Below, piece by piece: positions 39,023 through 49,271 of a stretch of 64,000 nucleotides of DNA; within the stretch, counting starts at the first letter, position 1; each line of letters opens with the position of its first letter. Source of the stretch: an uncultured Planctomycetota bacterium. Its GTDB lineage: Bacteria > Planctomycetota > PLA2 > JAEUHO01. The position numbers and the translations under genes are program-made. The stretch covers positions 768,001 to 832,000 of the forward strand of contig CAVVXN010000001.1 in assembly GCA_963752285.1 (NCBI GenBank), written 5' to 3'. Under the pieces are notes generated by a model, which saw nothing but the letters and a program-made list of their open reading frames with translations, made no database searches and was not told the origin of the DNA.

Positions 39023-41848
39023 CTACTCGGAGCTCGTTCGTGTGCGATCGGTCGTCCGGTCGCCGTGCGACGACGTCGGCTCCTTCGCGGCCTTCTTCCG
39101 TGCGGCCTTCTTCCTCGTGGCCTTCTTCTTCGTGGCCTTCTTCGCCGCCGTCTTCTTCTTCGCGGACGGGGTCCGCGCCGCCTTCTTCTTCGGGCCGCGC
39201 GGGGCCCCACCGGTCGCGCGCGCGGCGCGTCGGCCTCGACCGGGCCGTCCGCCGCCCGCCGCGAGTCGCTCCCGGCGGCGCTGGAGGAGGTCCACCGCCT
39301 CCTCCGTCGTGAGCTGGTTCGGGTCGCGGTTCCGCGGCAGGCTCGCGTTGACCTCGCCGTCCGTGACGTACGGGCCGTACCGGCCGCTCATCACCTTGAG
39401 GGGCGCCCCCGAGGTCGGGTGGGCGCCGAGGTCCCTGAGCGCCGTGGGTGCGCGCTGGCTCCGGCCGCGGCGCGGCTGCTTCAGGATCTCCACCGCCTCG
39501 GGCAGCGTGATCTCGAGCACGTTCTTGCCCTCGGGGATCGACCGCGACTCGTCGCCCCACTTGACGAACGGGCCGTAGCGTCCGGTCATCGCGAGGACCG
39601 GACGGTGCTCGGGGTCCTCGGGGTGCGGACCGAGCTCGCGGGGGAGCGAGAGCAGGCGGAGCGCCGCTTCGAGGGTCACCGCGCCGGGCTCCATCCCCGG
39701 GAGGAGGCTCTGCATCTTGGGCTTGGGCCCGTCGGCCGTGGCGTCGCCGAGCTGGACGTACGGGCCGTAGCGCCCGACGCGAACGTAGACGGGCTTCTTC
39801 GACTCCGGGTCGGTGCCGATCGGCGTCGGGCCCTGCGCGGCGCGGTCGATCAGGATGCGGGCGGCCTGCACGTCGATCTCGTCGGGGACCGCGTCGTCGG
39901 GAAGGGGCGCGTTCGAGGTGCCGTCGGTCATGAAGAGGCCGTAGCGCCCGATCCGGACCTCGAAACGCCGGCCGTCCTCCTCGCCGATCGGAATCGTGCC
40001 CGCGGCGCGCGCATCCACCTGGTCGAAGCCCGACTCGACGAGCCGGAGCAGGCCCGGCGCGCCGTTGCCGTACCAGAAGCGGTGGAGATAGGAGGGCCCG
40101 TCCTGCTCGCCGCGCGAGACGCTGTCGAGATCGTCCTCCATCCGTGCCGTGAACTCGTAGTCCACGAGCTCGCCGAAGCTCCGGACGAGCATCTGGACCA
40201 CGGCGATGCCCATGAACGAGGGGACCAGGCTCCCGCTCTTGCGGAAGGCGTAGCCGCGATCGAGGAGCACGCCGATGATGCTGGCCCACGTGCTGGGACG
40301 CCCGATGCCGCGCCGGTCGAGCTCCTTGACGAGACTCGCCTCGGTGTACCGCTGGGGCGGCTGGGTCGCGTGGCCGTTCGGCTGGAGGCTCGACGTGTGG
40401 AGGGCCTGGCCCTCGGCGAGCGCGGGGAGCACCGTGTCGCGCTCGGCGAGCTCGCCGATGGGGTCGTCGGAGCCTTCGACGTACGCGCGCTGGTAGCCCG
40501 GGAACTCGATCGTCCGGCCCTGCACACGGAATACGGCGTCGTCGATCCCGACGCGCACCGTCACGTTCCGACCCCGCGCGTCGGGCATCTGCGAGGCGAC
40601 CGTGCGCATCCAGATGAGCTCGTAGAGGCGGGCGGCCTCCTCGCCGTGGCGCTTCCGAACCTCGCCGATCGCGAGGAACGAGCGGCCGGCCGGGCGGATC
40701 GCCTCGTGCGCCTCCTGCGCGTTCTTGACCTTCGTCTTGTAGGTGCGCGGGCTCGCGGGCAGGTACGGCGGGCCGTAGTGGTCGCGGATGAACGAGCGTG
40801 CGCCCTCGATCGCCTCGCTCGAGAGCGAGGTCGAGTCGGTGCGCATGTACGTGATGACGCCGTTCTCGTACAGTCCCTGCGCCACGCTCATCGTGCGGCG
40901 CGCGGAGTAGCGGAGCTTGCGGCCCGCCTCCTGCTGGAGCGTGCTCGTCGTGAACGGCGCCGAGGGGCTCCGGACGTACGGTTTCTCCTCGACGGAGAGC
41001 ACGCGGGCCGGGCGGTCCACGAGGCGCTTCTGGAGCGCGTACGCCGCCTCCTCGTCGAGGTGGACCACGTCGGGCGACGTCAGGCGGCCCGTCTCGGGCG
41101 CGAAGTCTCGACCCGTCGCCACGCGCCGGCCGCCGACCTCCACGAGGCCCGCCTCGAAGTCCGCCGCGCGGCGGCCCTCCCCGTCCTTCCCGAGTTCCGT
41201 CGCGAACGTGGCGGCGAGGTCCCAGTAGGACGCGCTCGTGAACGCCATGCGCTCGAGCTCGCGCTCGGCGAGCAGGCGGAGCGCGACGCTCTGCACGCGG
41301 CCCGCGGACTTCGCGCCGCGGATCTTCCGCCAGAGGACGGGCGACACCTCGTAGCCGTAGAGGCGGTCGAGGATGCGTCGCGCCTCCTGCGCGGCGACGA
41401 GGTGCATGTCGATGTCGCGCGGATGCGAGAGGGCGTCGCGGATCGCGTCCTCGGTGATCTCGTGGAAGACCATCCGGTGCATCGGCACCTTCGGCTTCAG
41501 CACCTCGACGAGGTGCCACGAGATGGCTTCGCCCTCGCGGTCCTCGTCAGTCGCGAGCCAGAGCTCGCCCGCGCCCTTCAGATGCTGCTTCAGCTTCTGG
41601 ATCTGGGACTTCTTGTCGGGCGAGACGACGTAGACCGGCTCGAAGCCCTTCTCGATCCGGATCCCGTGGCGGGTGCCCTCGCGTGCCTCGGGCGGGAGCT
41701 TCGCGTCCGAGGAGGGGAGGTCGCGCACGTGGCCGACCGACGCCTCGACCACGTACCCCGGTCCGAGGAAGCGCTCGATCGTCTTCGCCTTGGCGGGCGA
41801 CTCGACGATGACGAGGGCGGCGGAGGAGGCCTTTTTCGAGGCGACCAT
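39023..41848 (-). CDS. topA: DNA topoisomerase I with Toprim C-terminal repeats and Lys-rich tail
   Basis: IVESPAKAKTI, ATDEDREGE, SAGRVQS, ITYMRTDS, AHEAIRP, GIGRPST, repeated GRYGPY/F. Confidence 0.97.
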   Translation of the reverse strand: MVASKKASSAALVIVESPAKAKTIERFLGPGYVVEASVGHVRDLPSSDAKLPPEAREGTRHGIRIEKGFEPVYVVSPDKKSQIQKLKQHLKGAGELWLATDEDREGEAISWHLVEVLKPKVPMHRMVFHEITEDAIRDALSHPRDIDMHLVAAQEARRILDRLYGYEVSPVLWRKIRGAKSAGRVQSVALRLLAERELERMAFTSASYWDLAATFATELGKDGEGRRAADFEAGLVEVGGRRVATGRDFAPETGRLTSPDVVHLDEEAAYALQKRLVDRPARVLSVEEKPYVRSPSAPFTTSTLQQEAGRKLRYSARRTMSVAQGLYENGVITYMRTDSTSLSSEAIEGARSFIRDHYGPPYLPASPRTYKTKVKNAQEAHEAIRPAGRSFLAIGEVRKRHGEEAARLYELIWMRTVASQMPDARGRNVTVRVGIDDAVFRVQGRTIEFPGYQRAYVEGSDDPIGELAERDTVLPALAEGQALHTSSLQPNGHATQPPQRYTEASLVKELDRRGIGRPSTWASIIGVLLDRGYAFRKSGSLVPSFMGIAVVQMLVRSFGELVDYEFTARMEDDLDSVSRGEQDGPSYLHRFWYGNGAPGLLRLVESGFDQVDARAAGTIPIGEEDGRRFEVRIGRYGLFMTDGTSNAPLPDDAVPDEIDVQAARILIDRAAQGPTPIGTDPESKKPVYVRVGRYGPYVQLGDATADGPKPKMQSLLPGMEPGAVTLEAALRLLSLPRELGPHPEDPEHRPVLAMTGRYGPFVKWGDESRSIPEGKNVLEITLPEAVEILKQPRRGRSQRAPTALRDLGAHPTSGAPLKVMSGRYGPYVTDGEVNASLPRNRDPNQLTTEEAVDLLQRRRERLAAGGGRPGRGRRAARATGGAPRGPKKKAARTPSAKKKTAAKKATKKKATRKKAARKKAAKEPTSSHGDRTTDRTRTSSE

Positions 41849-41994
41849 GCGGGGCGGATCCAGGGGGGGCGGGGCCGCGGCGTCGCGGCGGGACGGGGAG
41901 ACGACGGGGGGCCGAACCTACCGGCGACGGGGGGCCGGGTGGGTGGACGCTCCGACCCTCTCCAACGATCCGTCGGCCGGTTCGGCGTCTTCGT

Positions 41995-42879
41995 TCAAGT
42001 CCTTCGTCCCGGGGCGGACACGGCGAGGGCCGCGAGGTCGAGGACCCGCCGGGCGGGCGGGGCCGGGTCGGGCGGGAGCGGGACGGGGGGCGGCGGGCCC
42101 TCCGGCTCCCGCGCGGGACGGGACGCCCGCCGACGGGCCTTGCGGCGCCGGACGGCCCCGGCGAGGCGGGCGATTCGACGCGCGAGGTCGAGGGCCCCCG
42201 GGTCGTCGCCCGCGTACGCGCGGAGGAAGGCGCGGGGCGCCTCCTCCCCGAGGAGGAGCTCGATGGCCACGGTCCACTGCGCGAGGTCCTTCCGTCGCGC
42301 GCGGTCGAGCGCCGGCCCGGGACGTACGAACCGCGCCGCGGGAAAGCCGATCGGCCAGAGGTCCCCGTCGCGGCCGAGGAGCACGTTCTTCGGGTACGCG
42401 TCGCCGTGGCGAAAGCCCGCGTCGTGCCAGCGCCGCCACGCCGCGGCGGCGCGGGCCAGGAGATCCGGGCCCCCCGGTCCCGCGAGCCCGCGGTCGAGCG
42501 GCGCGCGGTCCACGAAGAACGGGCGGACGAGGACCGCGCCGAGGAGGAGCCCTCCCGCGCGGCGTTCGCCGACCGCGAGGGGATGGGGCGTCGCGATGCC
42601 CCGCGTGCGCGCCTCGAGGGCCGCCGCGGCCTCGCGCCGCTCCCGGCTGGGCCTCAGGAACGCGTGGCGGTGTCGCTTCGCGCCGCGGACGCGCCGCCAC
42701 TTGAGGAAGACGGGGGGCGGGCCCGCGAGGACGACGGCGGCGGACTGCTTGTCCGACGAGAGCACGCGCCCCGCGCCGGCCACCGCCATCGCCGAGGCGA
42801 CCGAGGCGACGCCCAGGCGTCCGAGCGCGCCCGTGGACTCGAGCGCCGAGGGCACTCCGAGCCACCAGGTCTCACGCAC
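41995..42879 (-). CDS. Lipopolysaccharide kinase-like protein
   Basis: VFLKW, REAAA, GIATPHPLAVGE, GFRHGDAYPKNVL; the usual second Asp motif appears as IGFP. Confidence 0.7.
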   Translation of the reverse strand: MRETWWLGVPSALESTGALGRLGVASVASAMAVAGAGRVLSSDKQSAAVVLAGPPPVFLKWRRVRGAKRHRHAFLRPSRERREAAAALEARTRGIATPHPLAVGERRAGGLLLGAVLVRPFFVDRAPLDRGLAGPGGPDLLARAAAAWRRWHDAGFRHGDAYPKNVLLGRDGDLWPIGFPAARFVRPGPALDRARRKDLAQWTVAIELLLGEEAPRAFLRAYAGDDPGALDLARRIARLAGAVRRRKARRRASRPAREPEGPPPPVPLPPDPAPPARRVLDLAALAVSAPGRRT

Positions 42880-43537
42880 GCGGGGCGTCCTCTTTTGCAA
42901 AGACGGCCACCGCGACGAGCGAGAACCACCCGCAGAGCCTCCGCGGGCGCGATGCGAGGACGAGGCCCGCGGCCCGCGCCTCGTCGCGGATCTCGTCGTG
43001 CGTCCACGCCGCGCGGCGCCGTGCGCGGCCCGCGCGGCGCTGCGCGCCCATCTTCCAGGTCGTGGCGTCATTGAACGAGAGCACCACGCGGCGGCGGGCG
43101 ACCCGCGCGAGCTCGGCGAGGATCCGGTGGCGGTCCTCTCGTTCGAGGACGTGGTGGATCAGCCGGTGACACACGACCGTGTCGAACGCGCCGTCCTCGA
43201 AGGGCAGTCGCTCCGCCGGGGCGACGACGAGGTCTACCCGCCCCGACCCGACCTCGGCGGCCAGCGCGTCGCTCGCCTCGGCGACCATCGACGCCGACGC
43301 GTCCGCGCCCGTCACGTGCTCGGCGCGTTCGAGCAGCACGGGGACGAGCCGGCCCGCGCCGCAGGGGCAGTCGAGGACGCGCCCGGCGGACCCGGCCCGG
43401 CCAAGCGCCGCGCGGACCACGGAGAGCTCCCGCGCGTTCGAGAGCCGGCGGAAGAGGCTCCGGCGGTACTTCTCGCGGTAGGCGTGCGCCCCCTCGGGGC
43501 TCTCGTAGCGGCGGGCGAGGTCGGCGTCGATCGACAC
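42872..43537 (-). CDS. Class I SAM-dependent methyltransferase
   Basis: VLDCPCGAGR, GADAS, LPFEDGAFDTV, ELARVAR. Confidence 0.9.
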   Translation of the reverse strand: MSIDADLARRYESPEGAHAYREKYRRSLFRRLSNARELSVVRAALGRAGSAGRVLDCPCGAGRLVPVLLERAEHVTGADASASMVAEASDALAAEVGSGRVDLVVAPAERLPFEDGAFDTVVCHRLIHHVLEREDRHRILAELARVARRRVVLSFNDATTWKMGAQRRAGRARRRAAWTHDEIRDEARAAGLVLASRPRRLCGWFSLVAVAVFAKEDAPRA

Positions 43538-43680
43538 GCGCGGTCTCCGGCAACCGAGCGTACCGCGCTCCGTGCGCGCTCGCCCCAAGGGTATGCTCCA
43601 CGGCGCTCGGAGGGTCTCGGGGCCCCGGGGCGCCTGGGGCGCCGCGTCGCCTCGAGGGCGAGGTCCAGGCGGGAGCGTCG

Positions 43681-44487
43681 ATGGAGGTGCGGATCCTGGG
43701 GTGCAGCGGCGGGATCGGGGCGTGGAGCCCCGCCCCGCCGGGACCGGATGCCGTGGCCCGCGGGCTCAGGCTCACGTCGTCCTACCTGCTCGACCACGAG
43801 ATCCTTCTCGACGCGGGGACGGGGGTGGGCGCGCTCACGCACGCCGAGATGCGGCGCGTCCGACACGTCTTCCTGACCCATTCGCACCTCGATCACGTCG
43901 GCTCGCTGCCGCTCCTCGTGGACACGATCTTCGAGGACCTGAAGACGCCCCTCGTGGTGCACGGCCTGCCCGTGACGATCCAGGCCTTGAAGGACCACGT
44001 CCTCAACTGGAAGATCTGGCCCGACTTCGCGGAGCTCCCGACGAAGGAGCGGCCGGTGATGGTCTACGAGCCCATGAGCCCCGGGGAGCAGGTCCGTGTC
44101 GGGGAGAAGACCCTCGAGATGGCGCCCGTGGTCCACGCCGTTCCCGCGGTGGCGTACGTGGTGACCGAGGGCGAGCGCCGGTTCTGTTACACGGGCGACA
44201 CGTCCACGAACGACTCGCTCTGGGCCTTCCTCGACGGCGCGCCGGGCCTCGACCTCCTTCTCGTCGAGTGCGGGTTCCCGAACGCCAACGAAGACCTCGC
44301 GCGTCTCGCGAAGCACTACTGCCCGCGCCTCCTGGCCCGGGACCTCGGGAAGCTCCGCCACCCCGCGCGGATCGCGATCACGCACCCGAAGCCCGGGGGC
44401 GAGGACGTCACGTGGCAGGAGTGCGTCGCGGCGATCCGCGGCCACGAGTTGATCCGCGTCGAGCAGGCGATGACGCTGTCGATCTGA
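43681..44487 (+). CDS. Metallo-beta-lactamase-fold cyclic nucleotide phosphodiesterase (class II-like)
   Basis: LGCSGGIG, LDAGTG, THSHLDHV, HVLNWKIWPDF, YTGDT. Confidence 0.85.
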   Translation: MEVRILGCSGGIGAWSPAPPGPDAVARGLRLTSSYLLDHEILLDAGTGVGALTHAEMRRVRHVFLTHSHLDHVGSLPLLVDTIFEDLKTPLVVHGLPVTIQALKDHVLNWKIWPDFAELPTKERPVMVYEPMSPGEQVRVGEKTLEMAPVVHAVPAVAYVVTEGERRFCYTGDTSTNDSLWAFLDGAPGLDLLLVECGFPNANEDLARLAKHYCPRLLARDLGKLRHPARIAITHPKPGGEDVTWQECVAAIRGHELIRVEQAMTLSI

Positions 44488-44533
44488 TCGCGGCCCCGGC
44501 GGCCGCCCGCGGCCGAGGTGGGCCGCAAGGAGG

Positions 44534-44986
44534 TCAGATCGCGCGGCGGTACTTCGTGAGGAACCCCCAGGCGATGTCGCCGGGGGTCAGCATGCCGACC
44601 ACCCGCCCGTCGGCCACGACGGGGAGCTGCTTCACGCGGCGCGCGTTCATGAGCGCCCCCGCCTTCAGCACGTTCTCGCCGGGCGACACCGTGGCCACGC
44701 TCTTCGTCATCACCTGCTCGACGGGCAGCAGCGCGACCTCCTCGAACCGGTCCTCCATGCGTTGGGGGTTCGAGAGGTAGTCCTCGCGCTCCGCGAGGTC
44801 CTGTTGCGTCGGGAGGACGCGCCGGCGAATGTCGCTGAGCGTCACGACGCCGAGCAGGTGCTGGGCCTCGTCCACGACCGCGAGTCCGTTCACGTGGAGG
44901 CGGAGCATGGTGGCGAGCGCGTCGCCGATCCGCGTCGAGGGGGGGATCCCGACCATCCCGCTCGTCATCCAGTCGCCGACCTTCAT
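44534..44986 (-). CDS. CBS-pair protein
   Basis: MKVGDWMT, LAVVD..LLGVVTLSD, VEQVMTK, LPVV..GRVVGMLTPGD. Confidence 0.9.
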   Translation of the reverse strand: MKVGDWMTSGMVGIPPSTRIGDALATMLRLHVNGLAVVDEAQHLLGVVTLSDIRRRVLPTQQDLAEREDYLSNPQRMEDRFEEVALLPVEQVMTKSVATVSPGENVLKAGALMNARRVKQLPVVADGRVVGMLTPGDIAWGFLTKYRRAI

Positions 44987-45153
44987 CGCGTCCTCCCGGC
45001 GGGGCGGGCGCGCCCCGACGACAAGGTGCCGCGAGGTCGCGCGTCTGGCCACCTGGGGACCGACCGAAGGGGGACCGCGCGCCGCCCGTCCGGGGGCGGG
45101 CGGAGGAGCGGCGCGTCGCCTGGGCCTCGGCGACGCCGCCCGGCGCTCGGGGG

Positions 45154-47904
45154 CTATCCCTCGGGCACGTGCGTGAACGTGCCGTCCCCCGCCTTGGCGA
45201 GGCGCTCGAGGAACGGAAGGTCCACCCCGAGGTTCCCCATGGCGATCACGTGGAGCTCGACCTTCGCGAAGCGGTTCAGGCTCGCGAACCACGCGAGGAG
45301 CGTCTCGGACTGCGTGATCTCGCCGCGCGTCGGCGAGCCGTCGGTCAGGAAGTAGACGGTGTCCGGGATCGGGTCGAGGTCGGCCTCGATCGTCGGCTTG
45401 TCGAGGAGGCCCAGCGCGGCGAGGAGCGCGCCGTGGATGTTGGTCTCGCCGTCGGCCTGCTGGGCCTTCACCGCTCCGATCGCCGCCGAGACGTTGCCCG
45501 GCGTCGCGGGCATGAGCCGCTTCTTCCAGGGCCGCACGTCCGTCGAGAAGAAGACCAGGTTGAACCGGACCTGGGGATCGAGCTTCTGGAGGGCCTCGGT
45601 CAGGACCTGCTTGGCGAGGTCGAAGCGCGTCCCCGACTGGGGCAGGTTCCCCAGGCCCTTCGCCGCGACCTCCGGAATGTGGATCGTCGTCTTCATGGAC
45701 CCGCTCGTGTCGAGCACGAAGCCGACGCTGTGCGAGAAGATCCGCTGGCCGTAGTAGCCGGGATCGTCGGGACCCGGGGGCTCCGGCTTGCCGTACTCGT
45801 CGCCGAGCTCGGCGCGCTTCTCGGGCTGGGGGCCGAGGCCTCCGTGCTCCGCCTTCTGCGTGTCCCACCACTTGCGCCACGTCTCGGGGTTCTTCCCGAG
45901 GTCGTCGCGCGCGATCACCTTGAGGGCCGCGTAGAGCTCGCGGTAGAGGCGCCCGCCCTCCTTGTTGAACCTGTCGATCAGCGCGTCCAGCGCTTCCTCG
46001 GTGCCGATGCGTGCGAGCGCCCGGGCTGCGGTGACGCGGACCTGCCAGTCCCGGTGGGAGAGGTAGGGAATGATCGCGAGCGTCGCGGCGCGGTCGGGCC
46101 GGCCATACGAGGCCGCCGCGTCGGCGACGAGCATCCACGTCTTCGCCGTGTGTTCGGACTGGAGCGCGCGGAGCAGGGTCGGGTACGACTTGTCGTCGTG
46201 GATCTGCCCGAGGGCCCACGCCGCCTCGGCGCGGACGAGCCACTGCCGGTCGGAGAGGAGCGCCTCGAGGCGCTCCCGCGCCTCGGCGAGCTTCAGATGG
46301 CCGAGGACGTGGGCGACGCCCGCGCGGACCAGGGTGTTCGGGTCGTCGAGGGCCTCGGTGCGGAGGTACGCGAGAACGTCGGGGTTCTTGGTCTCCCCGA
46401 GGACGACCTGGATCGACTCGCGGACGAGGTCGGACGCGTGGTCGAGGCGCGAGATGACGACGCGCGCGGTCTTGACGTCGTCCACCTTGTCGAGCCCGCG
46501 CACGAGGCCGGCCAGCACGGCCGGGTCGTCGGTGTCGAGGATCCGCTTCCGCTCGCGGGCGCCGGGGGTGTCCTCGTCGTCGTTCTGGTCGGCGCGGATC
46601 TCGCCCATGGTCGGGCGCTTGCCCGAGAGCCGGTCCACCCAGCGCAGGTGGAAGTCGTTGGGCGTGATGCCGAGGCCCTGCTTGAAGGCGACCCCCTCTT
46701 CCTGGCCCTCGCGCAGGGCGGCGAGGACGGCGAGCCACCGGTCGCGGTCCTCGTGCAGCATCAGGTTCATCATCGACCACGTCCGTATGTGGTCGTCGTA
46801 CGTGAACTTGCCGAGAGAGTCGCGCTGGAAGAACGTCTCGATGGGGTCGAGCTTGCGGTGGGCGAGCGCGCGGGCCTTCTTCTCCCAGTCCTTCGGGCTT
46901 CCCGTGGGGGCCGTCGTCTCGTTCGAACAGAACGACGCGCAGTCCTGGTGCTCGGGGAGCAGCTTCTCGAGGAAGTGGGCCGCGCCGACGAAGGCCCAGA
47001 TCGGGCAGTACTTCTCGTTCGGTTGCACGCCGTGCCAGCACGAGAACAGGAGGTGTCCGATCATGTGGCGGCAGTACGCGTGGAGGTCCTCGTCGGTCCG
47101 CAGGTCCTGGAGGCTGCCTACGAACCCGTTTCCCGCGAATCCGCCCGAGATGCGATCGCTGCCGCCCCCGTAGAGCATGTTGGTCCGCGGGCTGCCGAGG
47201 TACGCGGCCGCGGCGGCCTCCTTCTCGGAGTTCCGCGCGAAGAGGAACACGGCCATCGGTGAGCCGAGGCTGACGTTGCCCTCGAAGTAGTGGTTGAAGT
47301 CGCGCCACGCCATCTCGCAGCGCTGCGCGTAGAGATGTGCGACCTCGTGCCCGCTGGCGAGGCGCGGCGCCCCGCCATCGGTCGGGATCTTGAGCTTCCG
47401 GTTGATGTCGGTGACCACGTAGAAGTGGGGCGACACGACGATCCACAAGTCGTTTCGATCATAGCGGTGCTCGATCGCGAGCTGCGTCTCGAGCATCTTC
47501 CGCGTCTTCTCGTCGTTCACGCCCAGGGCCTCGTCGCACTCCGACGCCTCGGGCTCCTTCCAGCACTGGCTGCACTTGAGTCCCCACGACCAGGCGTGGC
47601 GCTTCCAGAACGCCTCCTCCTTCTGGTTGCCCCAGCACGCGGCGCTCGCGCCCTTGGGGCGGTCGAGGTTCTTGCAGTTCGCGCCACCGCCCGCGCACCG
47701 GGCACAGACCTGGTCGATCGGCGGGCGGAGCGGGGAGCGGAGGTACGCCCAGCAGGCCCCGCCCCCGGCCTGGTCGCTCGGGCGCTCCATCTGGCCGGGG
47801 ACGTAGGGGTCCTCCGCGGCGGTCGGGAGGCCCCGCGCCGCGAGGACCGGGAGCAGGAGGACGAGGACGGCGGCGCAGCGGAGGAGGGGGCGGTGACGGC
47901 GCAC
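45154..47904 (-). CDS. Exported Cys-rich / peptidase-like / HEAT-repeat / vWA multidomain protein
   Basis: Signal peptide; N-terminal Cys cluster; HMIGH; HEAT repeats (DWQVRVTAARALARIG); vWA MIDAS DTSGSM, GETN, FLTDG. Confidence 0.85.
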   Translation of the reverse strand: MRRHRPLLRCAAVLVLLLPVLAARGLPTAAEDPYVPGQMERPSDQAGGGACWAYLRSPLRPPIDQVCARCAGGGANCKNLDRPKGASAACWGNQKEEAFWKRHAWSWGLKCSQCWKEPEASECDEALGVNDEKTRKMLETQLAIEHRYDRNDLWIVVSPHFYVVTDINRKLKIPTDGGAPRLASGHEVAHLYAQRCEMAWRDFNHYFEGNVSLGSPMAVFLFARNSEKEAAAAAYLGSPRTNMLYGGGSDRISGGFAGNGFVGSLQDLRTDEDLHAYCRHMIGHLLFSCWHGVQPNEKYCPIWAFVGAAHFLEKLLPEHQDCASFCSNETTAPTGSPKDWEKKARALAHRKLDPIETFFQRDSLGKFTYDDHIRTWSMMNLMLHEDRDRWLAVLAALREGQEEGVAFKQGLGITPNDFHLRWVDRLSGKRPTMGEIRADQNDDEDTPGARERKRILDTDDPAVLAGLVRGLDKVDDVKTARVVISRLDHASDLVRESIQVVLGETKNPDVLAYLRTEALDDPNTLVRAGVAHVLGHLKLAEARERLEALLSDRQWLVRAEAAWALGQIHDDKSYPTLLRALQSEHTAKTWMLVADAAASYGRPDRAATLAIIPYLSHRDWQVRVTAARALARIGTEEALDALIDRFNKEGGRLYRELYAALKVIARDDLGKNPETWRKWWDTQKAEHGGLGPQPEKRAELGDEYGKPEPPGPDDPGYYGQRIFSHSVGFVLDTSGSMKTTIHIPEVAAKGLGNLPQSGTRFDLAKQVLTEALQKLDPQVRFNLVFFSTDVRPWKKRLMPATPGNVSAAIGAVKAQQADGETNIHGALLAALGLLDKPTIEADLDPIPDTVYFLTDGSPTRGEITQSETLLAWFASLNRFAKVELHVIAMGNLGVDLPFLERLAKAGDGTFTHVPEG

Positions 47905-48395
47905 GGACGGAGAGTCTACGCGCACGCCCTCAGCGGCACGCGCACCCCGTTTCGCTCTCGCGGTGGCCCTTGGGCGGCGGAGACGAGCGGGGCGCAGGGC
48001 GATCGGCGGCGCGTGCGGGACGGGCCCGGCGCAGCGAACGCGCACCTGAGGCAACCGGCCGGGAAGAGGTGGGCGGCGGCAACTTTCTGGAGAAAAGGGG
48101 AAATGTGTGGAATGAGAAGGAAAGTTTTACGCTATCGAGCAACCGCCGGACCCACCGCCAGCAGGATAGAGGGGACCGGGCGGTGGACGCAAGAATCGGA
48201 GTGGGCACTCGGGTCTCGGCCCGCCTGGACCGGCCGGGTCGTTGGCCCCGTCGGCCCGCGGGCGTCGCGTGAAGATGTCGGTCCGGCACCGCGCGGTGCC
48301 ACGCCGACCCGGGTCGGAGAACCCGCGCGCGGCGGCGCTCGATCGTGTGGCGCGAGGGGCAGGACGCGGCCGGTGCGAGGCGACGCGACGCGGCG

Positions 48396-49271
48396 TCACG
48401 CGCGCGCGTCGGCGCGTTCGGCGAGGACGGCGTCGAGGTCCGCCGCCGAGCCCGCATAGAGGACGCCCCGCGGACCGCGCCGCGCACCGCGGGCGCCGGC
48501 GCCGCCCGCGACGAGCCGCACGCGCGACGGGAGCCTCTCGCGCAGATCGGCGAGCGCGCGGTCCGTTCTCACGCCGCCGCTGGCGAGGGACACACTGATG
48601 CCGACGACGGCGGCGTCGCTTTCGAGCGCGGTGTCGAGGATCTCGCCGGGCGGCGTCTCGACGCCGAGCACGACGGGTGTGGCGCCGGCCGCCGAAACCA
48701 GGAGCGCGGCCATCTGGAGGCCGAGCCCGTGGCGTTCACCAGGCAGCGTGGCGAGGAGGACCGTGGGGCCGCGCCGCGCCGGGGCGCGGCGGCGCAGTCC
48801 GCGGAGCACGTCTTCGGCGGCCTCGCTCGCGAGGTGCTCGTGGCGGATCGCGAGCGCGCCGTCGGCCCACATGCGTCCGACGTGATGGAGGAGCGGTGCG
48901 AGACGGTCGGTGACGAACGCGCGCGGGCCGAGGCGGCGGGCGTCGCCGAGCAGCAGGCGTCGGAGCGCGGTGCCGTCGCCGCTCGCGACGGGGCGGAGGA
49001 GTCGCGAGACGCCGGGGAGGGGCTCGCGCGAGCCCGGGCCGTCGCGGAGGAGCCGGTCGAGGGCGTCGTCGTCGAGCGGAATGACGACGGAAGGCCGGAT
49101 TCCCAGACTCAGCGCCTCGGCGACACGGCGCACGCGTCGAACGTCGGTCGCGGTGTAGCGCCGGTGGCCCGAGGGGAGCCGGGTCGCCTTCGGCCACCCG
49201 TAGCGCCTCTCCCAGGCGCGGAGCGTGTCGGGCGAGATGCCCGTGCGGTGGGCGACGGTTCCGATCGACAC
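48396..49271 (-). CDS. MerR-family cobalamin-binding regulator (CarH/LitR-like); start uncertain
   Basis: SIGTVAHRTGISPDTLRAWERRYG HTH; W-x9-EH (WADGALAIRHEH); ExHxxG (ERHGLG). Confidence 0.88.
   Translation of the reverse strand: MSIGTVAHRTGISPDTLRAWERRYGWPKATRLPSGHRRYTATDVRRVRRVAEALSLGIRPSVVIPLDDDALDRLLRDGPGSREPLPGVSRLLRPVASGDGTALRRLLLGDARRLGPRAFVTDRLAPLLHHVGRMWADGALAIRHEHLASEAAEDVLRGLRRRAPARRGPTVLLATLPGERHGLGLQMAALLVSAAGATPVVLGVETPPGEILDTALESDAAVVGISVSLASGGVRTDRALADLRERLPSRVRLVAGGAGARGARRGPRGVLYAGSAADLDAVLAERADARA

Noticed and set aside
37184..43876. 2230-aa plus-strand ORF and other long ORFs such as 891-3323, 8836-11709 and 18347-21832
   Set aside because: Antisense or off-frame shadows of clearly identified genes; expected in very GC-rich DNA where stop codons are scarce
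48080..48140. Locally AT/purine-rich intergenic patch
   Set aside because: Possibly regulatory, but no repeat, palindrome or promoter could be supported
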